Below, piece by piece: positions 38,945-52,488 of a stretch of DNA of 64,000 bases (its first letter is position 1; the number at the start of each line of letters is the position of its first letter). A program made the position numbers and the translations under genes. A model generated the notes under the pieces. That model worked only from the letters and a program-made list of their open reading frames with translations, was not told the DNA's origin and searched no databases. Source of the DNA: Utricularia gibba (lineage: Eukaryota > Plantae > Magnoliophyta); NCBI GenBank assembly GCA_002189035.1, contig NEEC01000009.1, positions 2,108,001-2,172,000 of the forward strand, in the 5' to 3' direction.

Positions 38945-39842
38945 ATGAAAGTAGTTCGGGAGGGCGTGGCGTCGATAGCCCTTTTACCTAATGGATCAAT
39001 TTCAGGTCATTTTATACAGCTTCCGGAGTCGATATGCTTCGGCCTACATGGCTCTGGTATTTCATCCTTCAACTTTTCACATACATCTGGGGTTTTGTTA
39101 ATATGATCCTACGAAGAAACACAGCCACGTTTTTTGGTCAGCAAATCTTTAAACCTGCTCCCCGTTCCTTGTGTTTTTAAGAGCTGTATTGCGAACGAGA
39201 ATGCAGTAGAGGGGAAGACTACCGGTTGATCAAGCTGACGGTAACAGATTATAATGTTAGTACTCAGTGTTGCTCTTGGTTAGCTTACACTCGCATTTAC
39301 CATTTACTAAAAGCATAGTTTTACAGAGCAAGAAGGAGAAAGAAGTAGTGGTAGAATGCAGAGGCCATGATGCTGCCAAATTCTGCAGCCCAGACCATGC
39401 TCATGGGTAAGTAACGAAAGTCCTTTATTACCAACTGGTTACAGGATAAGTCTTACTTCCTAATCCCACGTGGGAAGATGAACAGAGGAGGAAGAAGAAG
39501 ACATGAGAACATTTTGACCCTATATATGTGTTGTATTTTTGAATCCAACAAGCAGTTGGGAGAAGGAAGTTGTGAGTATGGTGGAGAAGCATCAAGAGGG
39601 GGATGTGTCGGTTTCTTTTCAGTGTGACACTCTGAAGGCTGATCAAGTAGCTGAGGAACATCTCAAGAAATTCATGCCCAAATTAGTTGGGATGGATGCT
39701 GTAGGTAATTTCGAATGTTTCATTTGAACAATGGAAAATCATATAATTCACATCAACTGGTGATCATTCTACTGATTTTGTCTTCACAGTTAACATTGGC
39801 CCTATGAAGATCATTGGATTGGATTTCGATGCAGAAATCTGA
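38945..39842 (+). CDS. Uncharacterised conserved plant protein (155 aa), missed by the ORF track
   Basis: Five GT/AG exons: 38945-39056, 39182-39255, 39327-39406, 39556-39704, 39790-39842 (468 nt, phases all consistent): MKVVREGVASIALLPNGSISGHFIQLPESICFGLHGS-ELYCERECSRGEDYRLIKLTVTDYN-SKKEKEVVVECRGHDAAKFCSPDHAHG-WEKEVV...FMPKLVGMDAV-VNIGPMKIIGLDFDAEI*. Confidence 0.85.
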
Positions 39843-40107
39843 TAAGGAGAAGCACAGGCGCTGAGTGAATGACCTGTTTTAACTTCATATGTAAGCCACC
39901 ATACTCGAGCTTTTCCATAAGATTATGTCCAGACTGCGTGCATCTTCAACTCTTTGAACAAAAGAATGACTAGATTTCAAAGCACCGGTGGTGGAGTTTT
40001 TTTTTTTTTTTTTTTTTTTCTCATGCATGTATGTCATCCATGGCTTCATCAGATAAGCTGGTTCTAGGAAAGAAATCTATATTGTATATTCAGAGTTTTG
40101 GCAAGCA

Positions 40108-41416
40108 CTACACCGACTTCCGGTGGAAAAAATTAGTGGCGATGTTCACAGCATTCTTGTTATGGCGGAGATAGAACTCTGCAAGGAGGATTTGCCTCTG
40201 TTGCGGTGTTAGATCACCATGTGTACCCTACATCACAAAACCAGAAATAGGATCAACAAAATGCATTGGAATCCAGATACCGATGTTAAGGTCAGGTGAG
40301 CGAGCAACTACCATGCGCAGGGTTCTGTCATAGACGGCATGGTGCATGAGAAGCCCCGCAGCTACAGAAACATTGAAAGAGTCGACCATCCCTCGCATGG
40401 GGATACTGCATCGCAAATCTGATAACTCCAGAGCATCTTTGCTTATGCCCCTGATAGTTAATGCCATTCAAGAACAGGCTCATGGTAATAATGCATGGTT
40501 GCTGCTGTTTAACTCTACATTAATTGGAACTAAGGACAGACCTGTGTTCATTGCCGACAACTATAGCTGTGGGACAACACCAGTTGATGTCATATGCTGA
40601 AACCTGGTGAAAGAGTACCAGAAACTTGTAGGAGATCTAACTACTCTGTTATATGAAGCAGGGTTAGTGGAAGCTTATGTATACCGCATCACCACCGAGA
40701 CTAGCCACAACGATTCTGTATCCCCGTGCTTTGAGAACATCATAGCATTCTTGGACAGAATTCCATAGTTCTATATCCAACCATTTCTCAGCGCCCATGC
40801 TCACATGACGATTATCTCTGTATCTGCGGTCACAGCACTGTTTTGCTTCAGTTTTAAGCATGACATAGCTTAAGAGTGTTATGTTTCTGTTTGAGTTCAC
40901 CTCAAAAAATCTAAAAACAAACCTTCTGGAGCCGTTGTAGGATACAACATGGACAGATTGAATCCCAAGCGCATCAGCAGACCTGAAAGCAGCTGAAATG
41001 TTCCCAAAGTCACTCAATCCTTCAACCACCAAGCACACCGAGTAGCTACGATTGTTCACCGCATTCCTGAGCCTGTCTCTACGTGAATCCATTAAATAAG
41101 AGCCCATGGCTTCCAGTATGTCACCACTGTTCAAACTCACATTCTCCCCTTTCCATCTATCCAGGTAAGGGAACCAAGGATGAACATCACCATCCCTGTC
41201 ACATGGCAACTCACGCCGCTCCATTTTCATTAATCTTGAAATGTCATCCTTGTTTTTGTCAAGTAATCCTTCTACCGTGTCATTGCAGCAATCAGAGTCA
41301 CTCTCATCGTCATGAGCCACCGTACAATCCAACATATCTGGCGAAACAGCAGTAGCTCGCTGACCCCCGAATCTCCTTGTTGCAGGAAAGAGGAGCTGGT
41401 AGGGCTTGATCCTCAT
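40108..41416 (-). CDS. SpoU/TrmH (SPOUT) tRNA/rRNA 2'-O-methyltransferase
   Basis: Exons 41416-40923, 40823-40685, 40603-40542, 40450-40312, 40227-40108 (317 aa). SPOUT motifs 'LVVEGLSDFGNISAAFRSADALG', 'AIVVGNEHRGIS' and 'IPMRGMVDSFNVSVAAG'. Confidence 0.93.
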
Positions 41417-43000
41417 AACTATATTGTCAACCAAATGACTTCATAACCAAGAACATTGAAGATATAGTGAAATTCACATCTCACTTACCTGAATGAGATG
41501 TCGAAGTGTATGAGAGACGACATAGAGAAGGTGAGCTGCAAATCGGAGCTCGGAGCTCTAGACATGATAGTAAAGACACATGAAATAGGGCTTTCCCCAC
41601 CCTCATCTGCATTGAAGAGTTCAGTACGTGTCACAAACCAAAACAAGCTAGAAATCAGGGAATGTGATATCGAGCTTCCAGACACATATGCCAATCCATT
41701 GAAACATCTGACCTTTAATTCGCAATTGCTATACTTCAATGATGTTTAAACAATATTTCGATCTCTAATTCTTGCAGAAACACAAAATGATCACAAAAGA
41801 AACACAATGGTATACAACATCATAACCAAATATTCTTTTAGTGCCCGACCAAATGTGTTTCCTGAAGTTTTCTTATACCTCACCATTTATACTCCTGCAT
41901 AAATTTCATTTCCGAGCGCCTCCTAAGAACCTATTTCAAGCCTTCTAAGCAAACCAAATAAGCCAGCATTTATTTAAAAGCTAATAGGTGATACGGAAAT
42001 TTATGAAAACCTTACTCAATATTGAAATTCATCAACTAGACATGACAAATGGCTGAAACTAGACAAGGGTCTTTCAACCCCAAAAGGAAAAACTGGTCAA
42101 ACACAGCAAAAATCGAAATTTACGTAACAGCAGCAGACAACCATTTTTGCAGTAAAACTCTGGTATGCTTCGGTACATTCACCCCCTTTACCCGGCTCTT
42201 CTAAATTCTCCTTGATTAGTCTAGTGTTAAGCAATCCCTTAATTATGTTGTCCAGTCAAGAAGGCAACAAAAATCCTCGACTGCTGGACAATGAAAGTGT
42301 GGTAAAATTAAACTACACCATGATGTTGTTCAGCTATCTACCACAGCCCGTTCTCCTGGTAGAATCATAATTGGAGTTCCGAATCTGAAGCCCAAAAACT
42401 TTTAATCTACATCCTAAAATCATGGCTAAGTAATTCCGCAAAATAGATGAAAGAACACCTATTTTTTACTCACCTCCTTAGTTTCTTCCAAGCACTCATA
42501 TCTTATTTCTTTCTCCTGTCTTCGTCACCGTTCGCTTTCTTCGTTGACGTCAAGTCTTCCTTGAGTACGGCCGCGCAGGGTGGACTCAACTCACGGAATC
42601 GGATAAGCTCATGTTTTCAATCTCCGTTGAACCCCGCCGGACGACCCGTGACCCCGGGAATGCTTCCGGGTTTAAAGACGCCGGGTCAATGTTTGTTTTT
42701 TCGCAAGCCCAAATTAGAATTAGGGCAAACTAGAAACGAATTTGGATGTTTGATTTGTGGTTGTCCCACGGTGGCTCTAATTTGGGGATAAAATTAGGTT
42801 TTATTTCGTAAAAGCTTCCGTCACCAAGCAAACTCACTCATGTTCTTCAAGAACTACAGTGAGAACATCTGAAGACAAGCAAGCGTTCAGGTAAACTTGG
42901 AATCTGGCTCAGGACATCACCTATGCTGAGTTGAACACTAATTTACATCAATTCAAGAATGCAGATTTCATGGGTTGGTTTCAGCTGCTCACCAATTGTT

Positions 43001-45526
43001 TCAGCATTTTATGGGAAATGCAGCATAACCATTAAGGCATCTTTGTCTTGGCAGCCGCCTTGTCCTCTTTCCCCACCCTGTTAAACTCCTTTCCTGGGGT
43101 TGCCAAAGGGGCTGCTGTGGTGCACGGGATGACCCAATGAGCTTTCTTTTTGATGGTGTTTCTGGAGTGATCATCCGTTTTCTTCCTCGGCCATTCTTTG
43201 CTGTCCCCCGTTGTGATAAACTCGACTGCCAAGCTTTTCCTTGAGCTTTCATAAGCTCATCAAAGGATTGAAGATCCTCTGCTACTTGAACACGGGATAA
43301 TGTAACCATGCCAGGGAGTATGTCTCTCTGGAAGTCTTTTCTTGGCTTCCCTCTCCTTGACTGCCTTCCTGTTCTAGTTGAGATGTTGTCACTGCCCTTG
43401 TCATCATCGAAGATAACCGGCTGATAATCGTAGTTCTTTCCTTTGCAGTCTTCAAGCTTCAGTGTCATGAACTCGAAATGATCCATCCCTTCAGGGATCG
43501 ATTCTTTGCCAACTTGAGTTGATCCCGTTTCGCTGAACTCGGAAAAAATGAGTTCAGCAAACCATTTGAGATCGTGGCTCGATTCATCTTCTGGAAGAGA
43601 ACTGGCTTTATCATGCACTAACCCTTGTCCTTGGTGCAGTGAGAAGGCAATTAACGCTTCAGCTGCACGTCTGTCGAACTCTTCCTCACACATTTCTGCT
43701 TCTTTGGGAGACACATCTGCATCAAATTCATGAACCACAGGAGCCTCCAAATCTATCTCTGTGGTTGCGATTTTGACTATGGTTGTAATACAGTTTTGCA
43801 CCGGAGAATGTTCCTCATCCAATGACAAGTTCAAATCAATCTGATGCCTCATATCACGTGTACAAGTATTCGACAGTTGAGCATCTTCACAGGCAAAAGC
43901 AGATATGCAGCCGTTGGTTGGCTCTTTCTCGGAGTGTTTATTTGCTTGTGTTTCAATCCTATCAGAAATCGAGGCATTTTCAGTCGCCATCATCAAGTCA
44001 TGATGCTTCTCAAGACCAACCTCAGTGCTTGGAGCAGCATTTTGAGCTGGGATTCCATTGTGGAGATCCATGTTCTCCGGCTCAGTTTTCTTGAAAAAAC
44101 TATGTTTACAGTGCTGTAAAGATTCCAGGTTCATGAAGTAAGAGCTCTCCATTCCTTTTGTCACATCATCACGTTCATTCAACTTTCTGAGGAACCAAGG
44201 CAAGTTTTCAGCAGGCTTTGACTTGAAGTGATATGAATTCTCATCATAGTTTTTTCGACCATGTTCCTTGTGATGCGCAATGCTGAACAAGTTTGATCCA
44301 TCTGAAGAATTAAAAGACCGTGAGGCAAGACAGTGATTTCCTTGATTATTTCCATCCTTCGTGTTGTTCATCAGCATACCAGGCACAACATTCTTAGACA
44401 CTTCATGATGTTCAGAAATTTCAACTCCAAATAATTTCCTTTTCTGGATTGACACAGGTTGGCCTTCCCCCGCTAGTCTAGGTTCAGCATTTTGAGATCG
44501 ATGAGACGCAGATGACCTGCCAGGAAAGAACTCTCCTACACGTCTTTGATCCATCCATGTATTTTTCTCTGAATGTAAGCAATGAGACTGAAGTGAGCAC
44601 AAACAGCACATCAGAGTAACAGAAAGCTATTTAAATGCACTCATGATTAGCCTGCAGATACATGAAACAACCAACGACACAACACAAAGTCACATGCTAA
44701 CCAGAAACGTTGCAGGGCAGATGCACTTGAGTACGTTCTTTACCCTGCATGGTGAAGCTTGCTGAATTCTCCCAATTCGTTACCGCCATAGGATTCTGTG
44801 AAAAACCTTTTGAAACTAGATCAAGAGTCAGAGCCTTCGCATAACATGGTGATCTACGAATCGTATGAAGAGACAATTCAATGTCTCCATCGTAAGAGGC
44901 CTGAGGCACTGCTGGGAATTTTTCATGGACCAGATGTCTATCACTTCCTCTCCTTACCTCATCCATCAATTCTTTCTGTCTTTCATAAAGACGGTGAAGC
45001 TCCAGAAGCTGAACAGAGCAAGAAGCATGGCATGATGAGCATCGAAAGACGAAAACTGGGTAAAGAAATCAAAGCTTCACATTACCTGATTTCTAAATAC
45101 CATTTCATGATCAAGAATTTTCTCCCTTATCTTCAAGCAATCATGCCCTGAAAAGCCTCTTCTGAAAACCCACGATGAGAATGAACCAATATTCTGGCCA
45201 TTCATCGCCTGATTCTCGTGATAGAAGGCCATTATACCATTATCCTTGATTCCTCAAGATTAATCAACAGCAGGAAGATTGTATTGTCTTGTAGTTTAGT
45301 TCCTATAGATTGGCTGAACCAACAAGGAGAACAAAAATCATGCCCGAAATTCTACTGAACTTACATCAGAGAAAGATACGTGTAACTAACAATTTTTGTG
45401 CATGAAAATTACAGGAAAAATGAAAGAAAAATCTTCAGTTTCTACAGGGACTTGCCAAGTTGACTCAAAGTCATTGATACGTAGAGTTCATCTTCCATAA
45501 CCAGATACGAATCCAAGCATACCCAT
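43001..45526 (-). CDS. DUF863 family protein; 1-nt frameshift within 45235-45253
   Basis: Model: 45526-45523 (ATG G), 45302-45086, 45008-44958, 44587-43001; 619 aa after +1 nt. N-terminal 'MGTK...ILDHEMVFRNQLLELHRLYERQKELM' and C-terminal 'KDFQRDILPGMVTLSR..V.EDLQ.FDELMKA.G..W' and 'LTGWGKRTRRLPRQRC' are DUF863 hallmarks. The exon 3/4 boundary is uncertain. Confidence 0.85.
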
Positions 45527-47168
45527 TTCCCAAATCACACAAGTAATATACTTGTCAGAGTAGAAAATCACATGACGAAGAAGAAGAAGAAGAAGGTTGT
45601 TTCTCAGTAGAATGATCTAATGTAAACTCATGAAGAACCAAGAAATGGCGAAAACTGAATAAAGTTAGACCCAGTTCCAGCTCCAGCAAAACAGAGTGAA
45701 AAAGGAAGAGAAAATCGCCGGCGGTATAAAGAACACCCAGAATTCGGCTCAGGCTAAAGAAAATAAATAAATAAATAAATAAAGCGCCAAAAGCTTACCC
45801 AGAAAAGGAGAATCCATTTCTGGATCAAACTAGACGTTTAGAGTGGAAAGAGATCCAGGGCAAGAAGGATCTCTCTCTCTCCCCCTCTCTCGCTCCTTGT
45901 ACACAAAAAACATGAAGAAGGAGAAGAAGGGCTTGGATATTTTGTCCGCATGTGCGTGGGCTCACCATATCTTCTTCCTCCACATTCTCGGAATCAAAAA
46001 TCATATCTTTCCCATAACAAGGTTGGGCTTCACAGTATTTCAGGAAAAACCAACCAACAGCAACAGCAATAATAGATATACATAAAAAATCTACGGTAAG
46101 AAAGTAGATCACAGATGAAGATTTTCTTGGCTTTTAGTGAGTGAAGAAGGCAGCGGCATTGATGGCACCTCACCCTTCCTCCTCAATCCCTTTCCGGCTC
46201 CCCATATTATTACAGGTACTATCCCCATCCCAGAATCCGATATCAACTTCCATCAGAAATGAGAATCAGCAATACAAGTGCATGATTTAACACAAGAATT
46301 CCGATCTTCGTCCCTCCTCAATATTGGATTACTCTGTTTTGGACCCCAAAATGGCTTCTTCTGTACGGTCGTGTCAGTCAACTCGTGTAAATTATTCAAT
46401 TATTAAAAATGAATAATAAATAAATGCACGTCGCTTACGCGGTTCGATTTCGTCGTACAATCAGACCCCATCTATTAAAAAAGCATTAACTCCACAAAAA
46501 AAAAGAAAAAATCAGTATAGTATACGATATGGGGTGTAATATAATTTTGATCATATTATATAATAGAGAAAGATAACTTTTATAAATGATCAAATAAAAT
46601 ATGAATAGAAATTAAATTTTTAAAAACCATAGAATAATTAATTAATTTTATAATGCAGAAGAGATTCAGATTGCACACTAAACACTACAGCATTGTCTGT
46701 CGCATCAGGCTTCTTGCTCCCACAAATAATGTACAGAAGAGAGACCAGCAACAAATCATGCCAAGAATCAACAACCAGGATGGAGATGGAGAGACGAAAA
46801 TGACATCAATAGGCAAACCTGAAAAATCCCCAAGTTGCTTTCTTAAGATTCGAGACAGTTTGGAAAAACTCATGCACACTTCTGGTGTGGTTAGAGGAAT
46901 GGAGAAGTTTGTTCTTACATGGGAGTCTGGATGCGCAATCACCATTCATGTTGTCAACAAGTTTTTTAACAAGCAGGCCGGCCATCCATCCTCTGTACAG
47001 CTTCATCACTGATGCCTGAATGCAGAATTAGATCATAGGATCAAGAGGAGCGGTAAAGTAAACGAGAAAAGAAACAGAATGTGCACAAAACTGTACCCCA
47101 TGCAGCGAAATCTGCTGTACTGTTCATTGAAAATGCAGTAAAACCAAAAATAGCAGTTCATTTGTACC

Positions 47169-50100
47169 TCATATATCTGCCTTTTGTTTTTTGCCAGCAA
47201 CAATCTGGGATATGTGTAGGCCTCTGCTAAACGCTTGGTTAAAGAGAATCCGAGTCTGCATGTTTTGGAAGCCAGGAAGCCATGACAGAACGGCCACAGG
47301 AGCCATAACAATGACTCCAAACATAATTTCATACAGTCGAGCAACAGAGATAACAGTATCCCAAAGCCTTGTTCTTTGCAGCAGGGGTCGAAGGACTTGT
47401 GCTACCGATATTAGCCCCAGCCAGTGGGGACAAAGGCCAACAAGCTGGTAAATATATCCAGAAACTGAAACGAAGTGAATTCAAGCAGGGCAACTATGAC
47501 AATAATTGCCAGAATAACAAAAAGGAACTGAACCAAGCGATAGTAAATGTGCTCCTTGGCTGCATACTTTTCACGAGCATATGCTATTATGAGAAAAAGG
47601 ACAAGAACCACAACCACATAGATCCATGAAAACAAGTAAACAGCAATGCTCCTGCTTCCAGATGCAATCCCAATTGATATACAACTCCATATTGAAAGAA
47701 GAAGAAACGGAGGACCAAAATGATTTCTAAAAGTTTCCCCCAAAGGCCAGTGTTCCTCAGATGGTCCTGTTCCTCATACCACCACTTTTCCCAGCTTTGT
47801 TCTGCTTTCACAAAGACGCCACCTTTATACCATATCCAGTTCATGAATTCCTCGAAATCATAAACAGTTTTCAGCCAGTCAAACCCCAAAGGATTGAAGA
47901 CAAATGGTCCCAAAATCCAGGAGACCACCAAAAACCAACTGGAAATTGTCAACGCAATGTAAACAAATGTTCCTCTAGCCACTGGACTGTAAGAAGCATA
48001 AACAGTGAGTATCAACCCCAGCTCAATCGCCTTAACAAAATGACTTCGGGCATACAGCCTATAGTTCTCAGAAAAGCTTTTGTGTTGCACCACAAAACCT
48101 CGGCCAGTTGCACGGTACTTAGCACCACCGTGCAAAATAGTTCTACCAAAATAATGACCACGAGTCCCCATGGAGAATGTATAAAACACAGACGATAGCT
48201 GAAGTTGCATTGTGATAAAGTCCCAGATAGCATTCATGAATCCATGCTCAAGAGAGTTTTCAACGACCATTGGCAAAGCAGTAAAGAAACCAAGCTGGAT
48301 GATGAACTGCTGATTCAAGATAGCACCAAGCGCCCTGTTATTATTGACATTGGCCATAGCAGAGCCCTCAACGCCACTCAATGCCAGATATAGTCGTCCC
48401 CAAAGAAATGCATAAACGGTGATGACGATCATCATTGTATTGAAGAAAAACCCCACCGTAGTGTAAAAGAAAGATAGCATTCGAAAAAAGTCAAGCCTAT
48501 GACCCAACCTATACACATCACGGCTGAGCACTTGCTCGCCATTCCCACTTGCAACTTTTGCTTCAAACATAGATATTTGGTTCAAGCCAACATCTCTTCC
48601 CTTTCCAACTTGGATGTACTCATGATGTGTCACATTCCCCCTCTTAATGTGCAATTAAATCCAGCAAAAATGTCCTCACTTATATTAATAACTCTGGAAG
48701 CTTTGCTCAAACCTCCACGAGTCAAAAACCAAAACCTGTCAAACACATCTGGGTGTCCATAGTGCATTCGAATTTTCAATGGATTGGCCAAAACACGTTG
48801 GCCCAAGGTCACAAAGCTTGTTTCCTGTGCAGACATGAACCAAGCAAGTGACGATACAGAACCTGTAAAAATGTTCTCCCTAACTCCCAAAATAGTAGGT
48901 TTCCTGATACCATAGGGAACCTTAAATTCCTCTAAAAGATTCCGCATTTTCAGAGCCTCCTCAAAGTAGTTGTCTTGGTTCATATCAATGGTTTGCACAG
49001 CATCTCCCTTGTGAAAATAATGGCATGGTTCTGGTTCTCAGGTTTTCCCTCTCCAAGCTTCAAAGGGCCAGGTAATTTGACCCGGTATATCTCGACCTCC
49101 CTCTCCAGCTTCTGATCATATTTCACAAGAACAGAATAATACTCTTTCTCATCCCTTCTGGATGTCACTTCATCAACATAGGCAACACGAAGGGCTTCAT
49201 TATTTTTCATCAATTGGAGAATCTCTTCTGCACGAGGATCCTTTTTGGCCTTTTGCGAACCATAGATCTGGCATGCAACCACATAAGTAAACTTCATCAA
49301 AGCTGTTCCACGCTCATGACCTTTGAAAAAGACACTGACTGAACTACTTGCTCTACTCAATGCTCTTGAAGGTAATCTATCTGAGCTGGTGCCATCCATG
49401 TTTTCCCCATGCCTAATGAAACCCATTTGCTGAAATTCTTCCCTCAAGTCCATCTCTGAAGCAGAATCCAGGAATGCCAGCATCTCAAGCGCACGATAAT
49501 AGTACATCATGCCCCTTACTGTGCGAGCAAGAGTTTGACCTCGGTATGAAGCCCACAGCCTTAGATCTCTCAGCCTATCTGACCAGAGTTCCCGCTCACT
49601 CTTCACCCCTTCTCGGCGCATTCTTTCTAAGAAGTTTCTCCAGTCACTAGCATAGATGGTTTGCAGGTAGTACAAAATTGAAATTCCGTCTTCATTTTCT
49701 GTTCTGAGTTGCTCTTTACTGTACAAGACATCTTCACTGTAGTAGGGTGTCAAGACACTGAACGCCAGCATCTTCTCAACTTGTGGTGCATGAGGCATAT
49801 TCATGAACAAAGAATTGCTGAAGAATGCAATTCTACGTCTTGCCTCGAGATTTTCTGGAACCTCCTGCATTGAATCTCGAGAGGTAAGAATGGTATGTAA
49901 GCGCCTCACCTGGCGATAAAAAACCTCATTACTTGCAGGGGGTAAGTCAAAAGCATTCAAAAACAGCAGGTTTTCACCGGAAACGGCCTGCTGAGGAACC
50001 AGGCCATCCTCTTTCAACTGGTTGTTGTCTCTATGATCCCCAAGGAAATCCCGAATAGCAACCTCATACAGGGCCTGAAGTGCATTCACAACCTTGTTAG

Positions 50101-52488
50101 CATCCTTTTCAGGCTTGAGAACAGCATTAAGAAGGTGAACCAACTTTTCATGAATCTTTGGGAGAGCAGTCAATTTGTAGTTTCTGGTGAACTTCTCCAT
50201 CTGTATCCATTGCTCAATTTCTTGGAAAAACTTTCTGATTATGGAGCGCTCCTCTGAGTCATATTTCACAATTGCCAGTAAAAAGTGTTTCAAACTGTCA
50301 TATGCTTCAATGATAGCACATCGTCTGTACTCAGACTTGGAGATCTTATACCAGAGCCACTTGTCAGGAGCATCAACCAACTCTTTAGCCTGGCTGAGAG
50401 CAAGCAAAAGCTCATTACAGAGAAGCAAGCATGGCCACTGAATCACTCTAATCTCCCAGTCACTTTTGGGATCTTTCTTATCACTTTGAGGCAACTCTAA
50501 AAGCTCAACCTCGCGATCAGAGACGATGTCTTCCTCCCTAAAGTTATATATTACCTCGTTCCATATCAATGCAAATTTATGAGCCTCCACCTGGTTGGAT
50601 TCAAGCTTTTTGAATGGTCGCCCCAGTCCATATCTGATCTTCATTCGATTCAATGCATCCCTGATCCTGTTCTTAAGGGTTCCCCTGGCATTCAGTGACT
50701 GCTCCTCAGGCATAAGATTAAACTGAATAGCACTTGCAAAAAATTGAAATCTCAACCTCAAATGATGTATGTTCCGGATTTCACCCAAGTGCTGAAACAA
50801 ACCAACTGTGGCACCAACAAAAGAGGAGTAAATAGAATACCATATCTGGATATCCATCAGGTATATCAGCACCACAGGGAGCCACAGGAGGCCAACTGCA
50901 AACCGATTGCTATTACGAAAGAACTCAAACCACTCATAATTCACATTTCGGAGATTGAGTAAAGCCCTTGTGGGGCCTATCAGAGGCCTAATCTGCATGA
51001 AGTAACTAAAAGAAAACTTTGTTGCAAGCACCAGTATCCAGAAAAGAGAATACTTCACATTGTCGATGAGACCTTCCCTTAGCCCTCGACCCACATAAAT
51101 CCTACTTTGGAACCACCAAGACAGCATGTAGAATATCTTCCAGTTTGTGTTCTCTAAGAAGTTTCGAATCCATGGCAGAATAAATAGTGCCAACGCCAAA
51201 AGTTCGGGAGCTATAAACACCAACCCCACCACAAGAAAATTTACCAGTCTCGCATTCGCAGCTCGTGACCATCCCCTGTCACTATTTCTCTGATTCCATA
51301 TTCTACTATAAAACACGCTAAACACCACAATCCACCCTGCTGCAACCACAGACTTTAAAATCATCCTCAACCCCTGCATCTTAGTCTCTCTTGAAACCAA
51401 ACTGTACTGTGTTCCAACATCCAATATTGACTGCAAGAATCTCAATGCGCTCCATGTGAAAAACACGGTCAAGCATCTAACCTGAACATCCCTATTGCCC
51501 AAAGCTTGCCAGGGATACGCAGTACCCTCCCATGCCACGATGAATGCCAACTGGAGAAACAAAATCAACATGATCCACAACTTATCGAAACTCCGGTATA
51601 GATTCCAAAATGACCTTTGCTCCACATACCCAGTCTTGCCCACCTTCTTTCCCTTACTCCCAGTCACAAAGAAGTTGCTCCCGGTATCAATAGGCCAGTT
51701 CAACTTCTCAAAACATCTCTTAGTCCAAAAGTACTCGTTTATGTCATCATAATTCCGCCAGGCAGAATGCGGGGCTGTCCCATTTTTACTGTTATCAACC
51801 TCAGCCTTAATAATGTCATATATTGGCTTCACAATCTGGTTCAAGAAAGCATTCTCCCCGGAGATAGAAGGCAAAAACGGCCTTCCTGTGTTCTCATCCA
51901 TATAGTCCTCCAAAATCTTATTCATTTCCATAGCCATATTATGAAAAATATAGCAAATGCATTCAGGGACAAACCTCAGATTAGCAGCCTCCCCCAAATA
52001 AGCAAGTAGAGTGACACGTACAGGAGCTCACGCCGGTGATCTGACGGGGAATTCCGTGAATGAGAGTTCGAAAGCCAAATATTCGACCTAAGATTCAAGT
52101 AGGAGCACCAATTGGAATAATTCTTCAACAGCTTCTTACGGAAGCGGCGGAGAACTGAAGGTTCAAGAGTGTCGATGTTTTCAGGCGGCGGAGAAAGCCG
52201 CATCTGAGCGTTGGCCAGGTGGAGCACGATGTGCTCCCTCTGGTTACTCACATTAGAATCTTGGAACCCGAAGAACAAGGCCAGCCAGTCAAGCAGATCA
52301 TAGTGGGGCCTCCACGGCGCAAAAGGGGGTCGCCGGAGGTCACCAACCGAGCGGAGTGCGGCAGCGGCGGCCCTCACCTCGGGAAAACGGAGAGAAGGGT
52401 GGTCGGCGACGAGGTCATGGACGGGTATAATGTTATAGACTTCATTCCCGTCGTCAACTCGCGGCGGAATAGGGCGGCGCAGATCCAT
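47169..52488 (-). CDS. CALS12: Callose synthase 12 (GSL5/PMR4-type), intronless here, split by five 1-nt frameshifts
   Basis: N-terminus YNIIPVHDLVADHPSLRFPEVRAAAAAL...HYDLLDWLALFFGFQ; glucan synthase core GEGKPENQNHAIIFTRG, QTIDMNQDNYFEEALKMRNLL, SEDIFAGFN, YIQVGKGRDVGLNQI, QVLSRD. Span 5320 nt plus 5 restored G = 5325 nt = 1774 aa, the expected size. Confidence 0.96.

Noticed and set aside
46653-47012. ORFs of 67-119 aa downstream of CalS12
   Set aside because: No recognisable domain on either strand; the position fits the CalS12 3' UTR or intergenic DNA.
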